Source of the DNA: Eledone cirrhosa
Lineage: Eukaryota
Direction of reading: 5' to 3'
DNA length: 64,000 nt
Assembly (NCBI GenBank): GCA_964016885.1
Contig: CAXHJY010000264.1
Span: forward strand, 434,001 to 498,000
Part shown: positions 1 to 14,468 of the stretch, one piece after another
Numbering within the stretch: position 1 is the stretch's first letter
Layout of the letters: every line of letters begins with the position of its first letter
Notes under the pieces: generated by a model
Database searches by the model: none
What the model saw: only the letters and a program-made list of their open reading frames with translations
Told to the model about the DNA's origin: nothing
Position numbers and translations under genes: made by a program

Positions 1-3000
1 TAAACACTACATCTGATTCCTCTTATACGTAGTTTCTCTCTCCATCCATACACATCACATGTCTATACCAATACAGTCTCCTCTCCTACACACTACATCT
101 GATTCCTCTTATACCTAGTTTCTCTCCCAGTTCATCCATACACATCATATGTCTATACCAACGCAGTCTCCTCTCCTACACACTACATCTGATTCCTCTC
201 ATACCTAGTTTCTGTTTCCATCCATACACATCACATGTCTATACCAACAGTCTCCTCTCCTACACACTACATCTGATTTCTCTTATACTTAGTTTCTTTC
301 CCAGTTCATCCATACACATCACATGTCTATACCAACACAGTCTCCTCTCCTACACACTACATCTGATTCCTCTTATACCTATTTTCTCTCTCAGTCCATC
401 CATACACATCACATGTCTATACCAACACAGTCTCCTCTCCTACATCTGATTCCTCTTATACCTAGTTTCTCTCTCAGTTCATTCATACACATCACATGTC
501 TATACCAACACAGTTTCCTCTCCTACACACTACATCTGATTTCTCTTATACTTAGTTTCTCTCCCAATTCATCCATACACATCACATGTCTATACCAACA
601 CAGTCTCCTCTCCTACACACTACATCTGATTCCTCTTATACCTAGTTTCTCTCTCAGTTCATCCATACACATCACATGTCTATAGCAACATAGTCTCCTC
701 TCCTACACACTACATCTGATTCCTCTTATACCTAGTTTCTCTCCCAATTCATCCATACACATCACATGTCTATACCAACACAGTCTCCTCTCCTACACAC
801 TACATCTGATTCCTCTTATACCTAGTTTCTCTCTCAGTTCATCCATAAACATCACATGTCTATACCAACATAGTCTCCTCTCCTACACTCTACATCTGAT
901 TCCTCTTATACATAGTTTCACTCTCAGTCCATGCATACACATCACATGTCTATACCAACAAAGTCTCCTCTCCTACACACTACATCTGATTCCTCTTATA
1001 CCTATTTTCTCTCTCAGTCCATCCATACACATCACATGTCTATACCAACACAGTCTCCTCTCCTACACACTACATCTGATTTCTCTTATACTTAGTTTCT
1101 TTCCCAGTTCATCCATACACATCACATGTCTATACCAACAGTCTCCTCTCCTACACACTACATCTGATACCTCTTATACCTAGTTTCTCTCTCCATCCAT
1201 ACACATCACATGTCCATACCAATGCATTCTCCTGTCCTACACACTACATCTGATTCCTCTTATACCTAGTCTCTCTCTCAGTTCATCCATACACATCACA
1301 TGTCTATACCAACACAGTCTCCTCTCCTACATCTCATTCCTCTTATACCTAGTTTCTCTCTCAGTCCATCCATACACATCACATGTCTATACCAGCAGTC
1401 TCCTCTCCTACACACTACATATGATTCCTCTTATACCTAGTTTCTCTCTCCATCCATACACATCACATGTCTATACCAACACAGTCTCCTCTCCTACACA
1501 CTACATCTGATTCCTCTTATACCTAGTTTCTCTCTCAGTTCATCCATAAACATCACATGTCTATACCAACATAGTCTCCTCTCCTACACTCTACATCTGA
1601 TTCCTCTTATACATAGTTTCACTCTCAGTCCATGCATACACATCACATGTCTATACCAACAAAGTCTCCTCTCCTACACACTACATCTTAGTCCTCTTAT
1701 ACCTATTTTCTCTCTCAGTCCATCCATACACATCACATGTCTATACCAACACAGTCTCCTCTCCTACACACTACATCTGATTCCTCTTATACCTAGTTTC
1801 TCTCTCAGTCCATCCATACACATCACATGTCTATACCAACACAGTCTCCTCTCCTACATCTGATTCCTCTTATACCTAGTTTCTCTCTCAGTTAATTCAT
1901 ACACATCACATGTCTATACCAACACAGTTTCCTCTCCTACACACTACACCTGATTTCTCTTATACTTAGTTTCTTTCCCAGTTCATCCATACACATCACA
2001 TGTCTATACAAACACAGTCTCCTCTCCTACACACTACATCTGATTCCTCTTATACGTAGTTTCTCTCTCCATCCATACACATCACATGTCTATACCAATA
2101 CAGTCTCCTCTCCTACACACTACATCTGATTCCTCTTATACCTAGTTTCTCTCCCAGTTCATCCATACACATCATATGTCTATACCAACGCAGTCTCCTC
2201 TCCTACACACTACATCTGATTCCTCTCATACCTAGTTTCTGTTTCCATCCATACACATCACATGTCTATACCAACAGTCTCCTCTCCTACACACTACATC
2301 TGATTTCTCTTATACTTAGTTTCTTTCCCAGTTCATCCATACACATCACATGTCTATACCAACACAGTCTCCTCTCCTACACACTACATCTGATTCCTCT
2401 TATACCTAGTTTCTCTCCCAATTCATCCATACACATCACATGTCTATACCAACACAGTCTCCTCTCCTACACACTACATCTGATTCCTCTTATACCTAGT
2501 TTCTCTCTCAGTTCATCCATACACATCACATGTCTATAGCAACACAGTCTCCTCTCCTACACACTACATCTGATTCCTCTTATACCTAGTTTCTCTCCCA
2601 ATTCATCCATACACATCACATGTCTATACCAACACAGTCTCCTCTCCTACACACTACATCTGATTCCTCTTATACCTAGTTTCTCTCTCAGTTCATCCAT
2701 AAACATCACATGTCTATACCAACATAGTCTCCTCTCCTACACTCTACATCTGATTCCTCTTATACATAGTTTCACTCTCAGTCCATGCATACACATCACA
2801 TGTCTATACCAACAAAGTCTCCTCTCCTACACACTACATCTGATTCCTCTTATACCTATTTTCTCTCTCAGTCCATCCATACACATCACATGTCTATACC
2901 AACACAGTCTCCTCTCCTACACACTACATCTGATTTCTCTTATACTTAGTTTCTTTCCCAGTTCATCCATACACATCACATGTCTATACCAACAGTCTCC

Positions 3001-6000
3001 TCTCCTACACACTACATCTGATACCTCTTATACCTAGTTTCTCTCTCCATCCATACACATCACATGTCTATACCAACGCATTCTCCTCTCCTACACACTA
3101 CATCTGATTCCTCTTATACCTAGTCTCTCTCTCAGTTCATCCATACACATCACATGTCTATACCAACACAGTCTCCTCTCCTACATCTCATTCCTCTTAT
3201 ACCTAGTTTCTCTCTCAGTCCATCCATACACATCACATGTCTATACAAACACAGTCTCCTCTCCTACACACTACATCTGATTCCTTTTATACCTAGTTTC
3301 TCCCAGTTCATCCATACACATCACATGTCTATACCAACAGTCTCCTCTCCTACACACTACATCTGATACCTCTTATACCTAGTTTCTCTCTCAGTTCATC
3401 CATACACATCACATGTCTATACCAACGCAGTCTCCTCTCCTACACACTACATCTGATTCCTCTTATACCTAGTTTCTCTCTCAGTTCATCCATACACATC
3501 ACATGTCTATACCAACACAGTCTCCTCTCCTACACACTACATCTGATTCCTTTTATACCTAGTTTCTCTCAGTTCATCCATACACATCACATGACTATAC
3601 CAACAGTCTCCTCTCATACACACTACATCTGATTCCTCTTATACCTATTTTCTCTCTCAGTCCATCCATACACATCACATGTCTATACCAACACAGTCTC
3701 CTCTCCTACACACTACATCTGATTTCTCTTATACTTAGTTTCTTTCCCAGTTCATCCATACACATCACATGTCTATACCAACAGTCTCCTCTCCTACACA
3801 CTACATCTGATACCTCTTATACCTAGTTTCTCTCTCCATCCATACACATCACATGTCTATACCAACGCATTCTCCTCTCCTACACACTACATCTGATTCC
3901 TCTTATACCTAGTCTCTCTCTCAGTTCATCCATACACATCACATGTCTATACCAACACAGTCTCCTCTCCTACATCTCATTCCTCTTATACCTAGTTTCT
4001 CTCTCAGTCCATCCATACACATCACATGTCTATACCAGCAGTCTCCTCTCCTACACACTACATATGATTCCTCTTATACCTAGTTTCTCTCTCCATCCAT
4101 ACACATCACATGTCTATACCAACACAGTCTCCTCTCCTACACACTACATCTGATTCCTCTTATACCTAGTTTCTCTCTCAGTTCATCCATAAACATCACA
4201 TGTCTATACCAACATAGTCTCCTCTCCTACACTCTACATCTGATTCCTCTTATACATAGTTTCACTCTCAGTCCATGCATACACATCACATGTCTATACC
4301 AACAAAGTCTCCTCTCCTACACACTACATCTTAGTCCTCTTATACCTATTTTCTCTCTCAGTCCATCCATACACATCACATGTCTATACCAACACAGTCT
4401 CCTCTCCTACACACTACATCTGATTCCTCTTATACCTAGTTTCTCTCTCAGTCCATCCATACACATCACATGTCTATACCAACACAGTCTCCTCTCCTAC
4501 ATCTGATTCCTCTTATACCTAGTTTCTCTCTCAGTTAATTCATACACATCACATGTCTATACCAACACAGTTTCCTCTCCTACACACTACATCTGATTTC
4601 TCTTATACTTAGTTTCTTTCCCAGTTCATCCATACACATCACATGTCTATACAAACACAGTCTCCTCTCCTACACACTACATCTGATTCCTCTTATACGT
4701 AGTTTCTCTCTCCATCCATACACATCACATGTCTATACCAATACAGTCTCCTCTCCTACACACTACATCTGATTCCTCTTATACCTAGTTTCTCTCCCAG
4801 TTCATCCATACACATCATATGTCTATACCAACGCAGTCTCCTCTCCTACACACTACATCTGATTCCTCTCATACCTAGTTTCTGTTTCCATCCATACACA
4901 TCACATGTCTATACCAACAGTCTCCTCTCCTACACACTACATCTGATTTCTCTTATACTTAGTTTCTTTCCCAGTTCATCCATACACATCACATGTCTAT
5001 ACCAACACAGTCTCCTCTCCTACACACTACATCTGATTCCTCTTATACCTAGTTTCTCTCTCAGTTCATCCATACACATCACATGTCTATAGCAACAGAG
5101 TCTCCTCTCCTACACACTACATCTGATTCCTCTTATACCTAGTTTCTCTCCCAATTCATCCATACACATCACATGTCTATACCAACACAGTCTCCTCTCC
5201 TACACACTACATCTGATTCCTCTTATACCTAGTTTCTCTCTCAGTTCATCCATAAACATCACATGTCTATACCAACATAGTCTCCTCTCCTACACTCTAC
5301 ATCTGATTCCTCTTATACATAGTTTCACTCTCAGTCCATGCATACACATCACATGTCTATACCAACAAAGTCTCCTCTCCTACACACTACATCTGATTCC
5401 TCTTATACCTATTTTCTCTCTCAGTCCATCCATACACATCACATGTCTATACCAACACAGTCTCCTCTCCTACACGCTACATCTGATTTCTCTTATACTT
5501 AGTTTCTTTCCCAGTTCATCCATACACATCACATGTCTATACCAACAGTCTCCTCTCCTACATACTACATCTGATACCTCTTATACCTAGTTTCTCTCTC
5601 CATCCATACACATCACATGTCCATACCAACGCATTCTCCTCTCCTACACACTACATCTGATTCCTCTTATACCTAGTCTCTCTCTCAGTTCATCCATACA
5701 CATCACATGTCTATACCAACACAGTCTCCTCTCCTATATCTCATTCCTCTTATACCTAGTTTCTCTCTCAGTCCATCCATACACATCACATGTCTATACC
5801 AGCAGTCTCCTCTCCTACACACTACATATGATTCCTCTTATACCTAGTTTCTCTCTCCATCCATACACATCACATGTCTATACCAACACAGTCTCCTCTC
5901 CTACACACTACATCTGATTCCTCTTATACCTAGTTTCTCTCTCAGTTCATCCATAAACATCACATGTCTATACCAACATAGTCTCCTCTCCTACACTCTA

Positions 6001-9000
6001 CATCTGATTCCTCTTATACATAGTTTCACTCTGAGTCCATGCATACACATCACATGTCTATACCAACAAAGTCTCCTCTCCTACACACTACATCTTAGTC
6101 CTCTTATACCTATTTTCTCTCTCAGTCCATCCATACACATCACATGTCTATACCAACATAGTCTCCTCTCCTACATCTGATTCCTCTTATACCTAGTTTC
6201 TCTCTCAGTTAATTCATACACATCACATGTCTATACCAACACAGTTTCCTCTCCTACACACTACACCTGATTTCTCTTATACTTAGTTTCTTTCCCAGTT
6301 CATCCATACACATCACATGTCTATACAAACACAGTCTCCTCTCCTACACACTACATCTGATTCCTCTTATACGTAGTTTCTCTCTCCATCCATACACATC
6401 ACATGTCTATACCAATACAGTCTCCTCTCCTACACACTACATCTGATTCCTCTTACACCTAGTTTCTCTCCCAGTTCATCCATACACATCATATGTCTAT
6501 ACCAACGCAGTCTCCTCTCCTACACACTACATCTGATTCCTCTCATACCTAGTTTCTGTTTCCATCCATACACATCACATGTCTATACCAACAGTCTCCT
6601 CTCCTACACACTACATCTGATTTCTCTTATACTTAGTTTCTTTCCCAGTTCATCCATACACATCACATGTCTATACCAACACAGTCTCCTCTCCTACACA
6701 CTACATCTGATTCCTCTTATACCTAGTTTCTCTCCCAATTCATCCATACACATCACATGTCTATACCAACACAGTCTCCTCTCCTACACACTACATCTGA
6801 TTCCTCTTATACCTAGTTTCTCTCTCAGTTCATCCATACACATCACATGTCTATAGCAACACAGTCTCCTCTCCTACACACTACATCTGATTCCTCTTAT
6901 ACCTAGTTTCTCTCCCAATTCATCCATACACATCACATGTCTATACCAACACAGTCTCCTCTCCTACACACTACATCTGATTCCTCTTATACCTAGTTTC
7001 TCTCTCAGTTCATCCATAAACATCACATGTCTATACCAACATAGTCTCCTCTCCTACACTCTACATCTGATTCCTCTTATACATAGTTTCACTCTCAGTC
7101 CATGCATACACATCACATGTCTATACCAACAAAGTCTCCTCTCCTACACACTACATCTGATTCCTCTTATACCTATTTTCTCTCTCAGTCCATCCATACA
7201 CATCACATGTCTATACCAACACAGTCTCCTCTCCTACACACTACATCTGATTCCTCTTATACCTAGTTTCTCTCTCAGTCCATCCATACACATCACATGT
7301 CTATACCAACACAGTCTTCTCTATCTCATTCCTCTTATACCTAGATTCTCTCTCAGTTAATTCATACACATCACATGTCTATACCAACACAGTTTCCTCT
7401 CCTACACACTACATCTGATTTCTCTTATACTTAGTTTCTTTCCCAGTTCATCCATACACATCACATGTCTATACAAACACAGTCTCCTCTCCTAAACACT
7501 ACATCTGATTCCTCTTATACGTAGTTTCTCTCTCCATCCATACACATCACATGTCTATACCAATACAGTCTCCTCTCCTACACACTACATCTGATTCCTC
7601 TTATACCTAGTTTCTCTCCCAGTTCATCCATACACATCATATGTCTATACCAACGCAGTCTCCTCTCCTACACACTACATCTGATTCCTCTCATACCTAG
7701 TTTCTGTTTCCATCCATACACATCACATGTCTATACCAACAGTCTCCTCTCCTACACACTACATCTGATTTCTCTTATACTTAGTTTCTTTCCCAGTTCA
7801 TCCATACACATCACATGTCTATACCAACACAGTCTCCTCTCCTACACACTACATCTGATTCCTCTTATACCTATTTTCTCTCTCAGTCCATCCATACACA
7901 TCACATGTCTATACCAACACAGTCTCCTCTCCTACATCTGATTCCTCTTATACCTAGTTTCTCTCTCAGTTCATTCATACACATCACATGTCTATACCAA
8001 CACAGTTTCCTCTCCTACACACTACATCTGATTTCTCTTATACTTAGTTTCTCTCCCAATTCATCCATACACATCACATGTCTATACCAACACAGTCTCC
8101 TCTCCTACACACTACATCTGATTCCTCTTATACCTAGTTTCTCTCTCAGTTCATCCATACACATCACATGTCTATAGCAACATAGTCTCCTCTACTACAC
8201 ACTACATCTGATTCCTCTTATACCTAGTTTCTCTCCCAATTCATCCATACACATCACATGTCTATACCAACACAGTCTCCTCTCCTACACACTACATCTG
8301 ATTCCTCTTATACCTAGTTTCTCTCTCAGTTCATCCATAAACATCACATGTCTATACCAACATAGTCTCCTCTCCTACACTCTACATCTGATTCCTCTTA
8401 TACATAGTTTCACTCTCAGTCCATGCATACACATCACATGTCTATACCAACAAAGTCTCCTCTCCTACACACTACATCTGATTCCTCTTATACCTATTTT
8501 CTCTCTCAGTCCATCCATACACATCACATGTCTATACCAACACAGTCTCCTCTCCTACACACTACATCTGATTTCTCTTATACTTAGTTTCTTTCCCAGT
8601 TCATCCATACACATCACATGTCTATACCAACAGTCTCCTCTCCTACACACTACATCTGATACCTCTTATACCTAGTTTCTCTCTCCATCCATACACATCA
8701 CATGTCCATACCAACGCATTCTCCTGTCCTACACACTACATCTGATTCCTCTTATACCTAGTCTCTCTCTCAGTTCATCCATACACATCACATGTCTATA
8801 CCAACACAGTCTCCTCTCCTACATCTCATTCCTCTTATACCTAGTTTCTCTCTCAGTCCATCCATACACATCACATGTCTATACCAGCAGTCTCCTCTCC
8901 TACACACTACATATGATTCCTCTTATACCTAGTTTCTCTCTCCATCCATACACATCACATGTCTATACCAACACAGTCTCCTCTCCTACACACTACATCT

Positions 9001-12000
9001 GATTCCTTTTATACCTAGTTTCTCTCTCAGTTCATCCATAAACATCACATGTCTATACCAACATAGTCTCCTCTCCTACACTCTACATCTGATTCCTCTT
9101 ATACATAGTTTCACTCTCAGTCCATGCATACACATCACATGTCTATACCAACAAAGTCTCCTCTCTTACACACTACATCTTAGTCCTCTTATACCTATTT
9201 TCTCTCTCAGTCCATCCATACACATCACATGTCTATACCAACACAGTCTCCTCTCCTACACACTACATCTGATTCCTCTTATACCTAGTTTCTCTCTCAG
9301 TCCATCCATACACATCACATGTCTATACCAACACAGTCTCCTCTCCTACATCTGATTCCTCTTATACCTAGTTTCTCTCTCAGTTAATTCATACACATCA
9401 CATGTCTATACCAACACAGTTTCCTCTCCTACACACTACACCTGATTTCTCTTATACTTAGTTTCTTTCCCAGTTCATCCATACACATCACATGTCTATA
9501 CAAACACAGTCTCCTCTCCTACACACTACATCTGATTCCTCTTATACGTAGTTTCTCTCTCCATCCATACACATCACATGTCTATACCAATACAGTCTCC
9601 TCTCCTACACACTACATCTGATTCCTCTTATACCTAGTTTCTCTCCCAGTTCATCCATACACATCATATGTCTATACCAACGCAGTCTCCTCTCCTACAC
9701 ACTACATCTGATTCCTCTCATACCTAGTTTCTGTTTCCATCCATACACATCACATGTCTATACCAACAGTCTCCTCTCCTACACACTACATCTGATTTCT
9801 CTTATACTTAGTTTCTTTCCCAGTTCATCCATACACATCACATGTCTATACCAACACAGTCTCCTCTCCTACACACTACATCTGATTCCTCTTATACCTA
9901 GTTTCTCTCCCAATTCATCCATACACATCACATGTCTATACCAACACAGTCTCCTCTCCTACACACTACATCTGATTCCTCTTATACCTAGTTTCTCTCT
10001 CAGTTCATCCATACACATCACATGTCTATAGCAACACAGTCTCCTCTCCTACACACTACATCTGATTCCTCTTATACCTAGTTTCTCTCCCAATTCATCC
10101 ATACACATCACATGTCTATACCAACACAGTCTCCTCTCCTACACACTACATCTGATTCCTCTTATACCTAGTTTCTCTCTCAGTTCATCCATAAACATCA
10201 CATGTCTATACCAACATAGTCTCCTCTCCTACACTCTACATCTGATTCCTCTTATACATAGTTTCACTCTCAGTCCATGCATACACATCACATGTCTATA
10301 CCAACAAAGTCTCCTCTCCTACACACTACATCTGATTCCTCTTATACCTATTTTCTCTCTCAGTCCATCCATACACATCACATGTCTATACCAACACAGT
10401 CTCCTCTCCTACACACTACATCTGATTTCTCTTATACTTAGTTTCTTTCCCAGTTCATCCATACACATCACATGTCTATACCAACAGTCTCCTCTCCTAC
10501 ACACTACATCTGATACCTCTTATACCTAGTTTCTCTCTCCATCCATACACATCACATGTCTATACCAACGCATTCTCCTCTCCTACACACTACATCTGAT
10601 TCCTCTTATACCTAGTCTCTCTCTCAGTTCATCCATACACATCACATGTCTATACCAACACAGTCTCCTCTCCTACATCTCATTCCTCTTATACCTAGTT
10701 TCTCTCTCAGTCCATCCATACACATCACATGTCTATACAAACACAGTCTCCTCTCCTACACACTACATCTGATTCCTTTTATACCTAGTTTCTCCCAGTT
10801 CATCCATACACATCACATGTCTATACCAACAGTCTCCTCTCCTACACACTACATCTGATACCTCTTATACCTAGTTTCTCTCTCAGTTCATCCATACACA
10901 TCACATGTCTATACCAACGCAGTCTCCTCTCCTACACACTACATCTGATTCCTCTTATACCTAGTTTCTCTCTCAGTTCATCCATACACATCACATGTCT
11001 ATACCAACACAGTCTCCTCTCCTACACACTACATCTGATTCCTTTTATACCTAGTTTCTCTCAGTTCATCCATACACATCACATGACTATACCAACAGTC
11101 TCCTCTCATACACACTACATCTGATTCCTCTTATACCTATTTTCTCTCTCAGTCCATCCATACACATCACATGTCTATACCAACACAGTCTCCTCTCCTA
11201 CACACTACATCTGATTTCTCTTATACTTAGTTTCTTTCCCAGTTCATCCATACACATCACATGTCTATACCAACAGTCTCCTCTCCTACACACTACATCT
11301 GATACCTCTTATACCTAGTTTCTCTCTCCATCCATACACATCACATGTCTATACCAACGCATTCTCCTCTCCTACACACTACATCTGATTCCTCTTATAC
11401 CTAGTCTCTCTCTCAGTTCATCCATACACATCACATGTCTATACCAACACAGTCTCCTCTCCTACATCTCATTCCTCTTATACCTAGTTTCTCTCTCAGT
11501 CCATCCATACACATCACATGTCTATACCAGCAGTCTCCTCTCCTACACACTACATATGATTCCTCTTATACCTAGTTTCTCTCTCCATCCATACACATCA
11601 CATGTCTATACCAACACAGTCTCCTCTCCTACACACTACATCTGATTCCTCTTATACCTAGTTTCTCTCTCAGTTCATCCATAAACATCACATGTCTATA
11701 CCAACATAGTCTCCTCTCCTACACTCTACATCTGATTCCTCTTATACATAGTTTCACTCTCAGTCCATGCATACACATCACATGTCTATACCAACAAAGT
11801 CTCCTCTCCTACACACTACATCTTAGTCCTCTTATACCTATTTTCTCTCTCAGTCCATCCATACACATCACATGTCTATACCAACACAGTCTCCTCTCCT
11901 ACACACTACATCTGATTCCTCTTATACCTAGTTTCTCTCTCAGTCCATCCATACACATCACATGTCTATACCAACACAGTCTCCTCTCCTACATCTGATT

Positions 12001-12550
12001 CCTCTTATACCTAGTTTCTCTCTCAGTTAATTCATACACATCACATGTCTATACCAACACAGTTTCCTCTCCTACACACTACATCTGATTTCTCTTATAC
12101 TTAGTTTCTTTCCCAGTTCATCCATACACATCACATGTCTATACAAACACAGTCTCCTCTCCTACACACTACATCTGATTCCTCTTATACGTAGTTTCTC
12201 TCTCCATCCATACACATCACATGTCTATACCAATACAGTCTCCTCTCCTACACACTACATCTGATTCCTCTTATACCTAGTTTCTCTCCCAGTTCATCCA
12301 TACACATCATATGTCTATACCAACGCAGTCTCCTCTCCTACACACTACATCTGATTCCTCTCATACCTAGTTTCTGTTTCCATCCATACACATCACATGT
12401 CTATACCAACAGTCTCCTCTCCTACACACTACATCTGATTTCTCTTATACTTAGTTTCTTTCCCAGTTCATCCATACACATCACATGTCTATACCAACAC
12501 AGTCTCCTCTCCTACACACTACATCTGATTCCTCTTATACCTAGTTTCTC
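1..12550. repeat. Higher-order duplication with 7492-bp period (1-~5060 matches 7493-~12550) in the LINE-free satellite domain
   Basis: Rare variant TAAACACTAC at 1 and 7493. Identical satellite-derived ORFs at 323/7815 and 3154/10646. TACGTAG marker at about 28, 2055, 4698, 6372, 7520, 9547, 12190 (spacings 2027, 2643, 1674, 1148, 2027, 2643). Confidence 0.85.
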
Positions 12551-14217
12551 TCCCAATTCATCCATACACATCACATGTCTATACCAACACAGTCTCCTCT
12601 CCTACACACTACATCTGATTCCTCTTATACCTAGTTTCTCTCTCAGTTCATCCATACACATCACATGTCTATAGCAACACAGTCTCCTCTCCTACACACT
12701 ACATCTGATTCCTCTTATACCTAGTTTCTCTCCCAATTCATCCATACACATCACATGTCTATACCAACACAGTCTCCTCTCCTACACACTACATCTGATT
12801 CCTCTTATACCTAGTTTCTCTCTCAGTTCATCCATAAACATCACATGTCTATACCAACATAGTTTCCTCTCCTACACTCTACATCTGATTCCTCTTATAC
12901 ATAGTTTCACTCTCAGTCCATGCATACACATCACATGTCTATACCAACAAAGTCTCCTCTCCTACACACTACATCTGATTCCTCTTATACCTATTTTCTC
13001 TCTCAGTCCATCCATACACATCACATGTCTATACCAACACAGTCTCCTCTCCTACACACTACATCTGATTTCTCTTATACTTAGTTTCTTTCCCAGTTCA
13101 TCCATACACATCACATGTCTATACCAACAGTCTCCTCTCCTACACACTACATCTGATACCTCTTATACCTAGTTTCTCTCTCCATCCATACACATCACAT
13201 GTCTATACCAACGCATTCTCCTCTCCTACACACTACATCTGATTCCTCTTATACCTAGTCTCTCTCTCAGTTCATCCATACACATCACATGTCTATACCA
13301 ACACAGTCTCCTCTCCTACATCTCATTCCTCTTATACCTAGTTTCTCTCTCAGTCCATCCATACACATCACATGTCTATACAAACACAGTCTCCTCTCCT
13401 ACACACTACATCTGATTCCTTTTATACCTAGTTTCTCCCAGTTCATCCATACACATCACATGTCTATACCAACAGTCTCCTCTCCTACACACTACATCTG
13501 ATACCTCTCATACCTAGTTTCTCTCTCAGTTCATCCATACACATCACATGTCTATACCAACGCAGTCTCCTCTCCTACACACTACATCTGATTCCTCTTA
13601 TACCTAGTTTCTCTCTCAGTTCATCCATACACATCACATGTCTATACCAACACAGTCTCCTCTCCTACACACTACATCTGATTCCTTTTATACCTAGTTT
13701 CTCTCAGTTCATCCATACACATCACATGACTATACCAACAGTCTCCTCTCATACACACTACATCTGATTCCTCTTATACCTAGTCTCTCTCTCAGTTCAT
13801 CCATACACATCACATGTCTATAGCAACACAGTCTTCTCTCCTACTAACTACATCTGATTCCTCTTATACCTAGTTTCTCTCTCAGTTCATCCATACACAT
13901 CATATGTCTATACCAACACAGTCTCCTCTGCTACACACTACATCTGATTCCTCTTATACCTAGTTTCTCTCTCCATCCATACACATCACATGTCTATACC
14001 AACACAGTCTTCTCTCCTACACACTACATCTGATTCCTCTTATACCTAGTCTCTCTCTCAGTCCATCCATACACATCACATGTCTATATCAACGCAGTCT
14101 CCTCTCCTACACATTACATCTGATTCCTCTTATACCTAGTTTCTCTCTTAGTTCATTCATACACATCACATGTCTATACCAACACAGTCTCCTCTCCTAC
14201 ATCTGATTCCTCTTATA

Positions 14218-14468
14218 ATAATAATAATAATGAAATTATTGTGTACAGTGCTCAGGTGCACTACAACTCATCAAAGGTGCATGTATAGTACATAGAATAA
14301 TGTACAAATGTCAGGAAAATAAACAGTGTATGAGTCATGATATAATAACAATAACGAAATATTGTGCACAGTGCCCAGGTGCACCACAACTCATCAAAAA
14401 AGTACATGTACAGTACATAGGGCAATGCACAAACATCAGTAAAATGAACAGTGCACAAGTCATGATAC
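14218..14468 (-). repeat. LINE 3' UTR tandem dimer (~123-125-bp unit), present in every complete copy
   Basis: ATTGTGTACAGTGCTCAGGTGCACTACAACTCATCAAA...GTCATGATA is repeated as ATTGTGCACAGTGCCCAGGTGCACCACAACTCATCAAA...GTCATGATA. CAGGTGCA at 14253 and 14376. Confidence 0.9.
14239..14266 (-). other. Putative LINE 3'-terminal RNA stem-loop (candidate RT recognition element)
   Basis: Minus-strand RNA UUGU-AGUGC-[ACCUGA]-GCACU-(GUAC bulge)-ACAA, just upstream of the tail repeat. A second copy lies at 14362-14389. Confidence 0.6.
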
